Shown here: positions 25,746 through 25,943 of the stretch, piece after piece
Layout of the letters: each line of letters begins with the position of its first letter
Position numbering within the stretch: the first letter of the stretch is position 1
Virus record (IMG/VR): IMGVR_UViG_3300020442_003920
Location: 1-25,943 of that record
From: a virus
Lineage: Duplodnaviria; Caudoviricetes
Reading direction: 5' to 3' (one strand)
Length of the DNA: 25,943 nt
Translations under genes and position numbers: made by a program
The notes under the pieces: generated by a model
Seen by the model: only the letters and a program-made list of their open reading frames with translations
The model's database searches: none
What the model was told of the DNA's origin: nothing

Positions 25746-25754
25746 ATTATAACA
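25746..25754 (-). promoter_or_regulatory. Sigma70-type extended -10 promoter (TGTTATAAT)
   Basis: Perfect TGnTATAAT, intergenic, with no good -35 at 17 bp. Predicted +1 at about 25739. Confidence 0.6.
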
Positions 25755-25764
25755 TACCCAGTCA

Positions 25765-25943
25765 TCAGATCACGCGCATTTTTTCATGCCCCACGCGGAT
25801 CAGAGGATCACACCAGATCTCATAACCCTTCTCAATCGCATCCAGACAGAAACTCACATCCTCTCCACACATATCTTGGACCTCTCCTGATTCAAAGGTT
25901 TGCATCTTCGGAGCGAACCACGGATAAGGCAGACTCTCAAAGA
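25765..25943 (-). CDS. C-terminal end of a GT2/GT-A-like glycosyltransferase (partial; start lies outside the window)
   Basis: ...FESLPYPWFAPKMQTFESGEVQDMCGEDVSFCLDAIEKGYEIWCDPLIRVGHEKMRVI*. GED..FC and W.DP...VGH are GT2-like C-terminal motifs. Confidence 0.72.
   Translation of the reverse strand, partial: FESLPYPWFAPKMQTFESGEVQDMCGEDVSFCLDAIEKGYEIWCDPLIRVGHEKMRVI

Noticed and set aside
1-25943. tRNA, rRNA, CRISPR array, transposon or long DNA repeats
   Set aside because: Coding density is near complete, the largest intergenic gap is about 90 nt, and none of these signatures were seen.

Overview
Structural-gene block of a large, AT-rich T4-like myovirus. Gene content and order best fit marine/freshwater cyanomyoviruses. 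All credible genes are on the minus strand. In transcription order (right to left): the C-terminal end of a GT2-like glycosyltransferase; a 48-aa very basic protein missed by the ORF track; a 243-aa and a 73-aa hypothetical; baseplate genes gp25, gp6, a giant gp7 (3418 aa) and gp8; a 2416-aa VrlC/DUF4815-like structural protein; three small accessory proteins; a 533-aa Mtd_N-type fibre; a small coiled-coil protein; and the start of neck gene gp13. T4 late-promoter boxes (TATAAATA and variants) precede several genes. The most notable signal is at 24.5-25.75 kb, where four consecutive 5' leaders each carry an RNA structure aligned with a predicted promoter. These are (1) a clean H-type pseudoknot before the basic peptide, (2) a pseudoknot that competes with an SD-sequestering hairpin (riboswitch-like) before the 73-aa ORF, and (3, 4) two start-site-occluding hairpins, each with a late-promoter box in its 5' arm. 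At protein level, a short x-G-[IVLF]-[GSTAN]-[ST] motif recurs across the unrelated virion proteins, and gp7 shows a nested domain architecture that includes one apparently circularly permuted repeat. Structures were paired by hand and family assignments come from recognised motifs; no searches were run.
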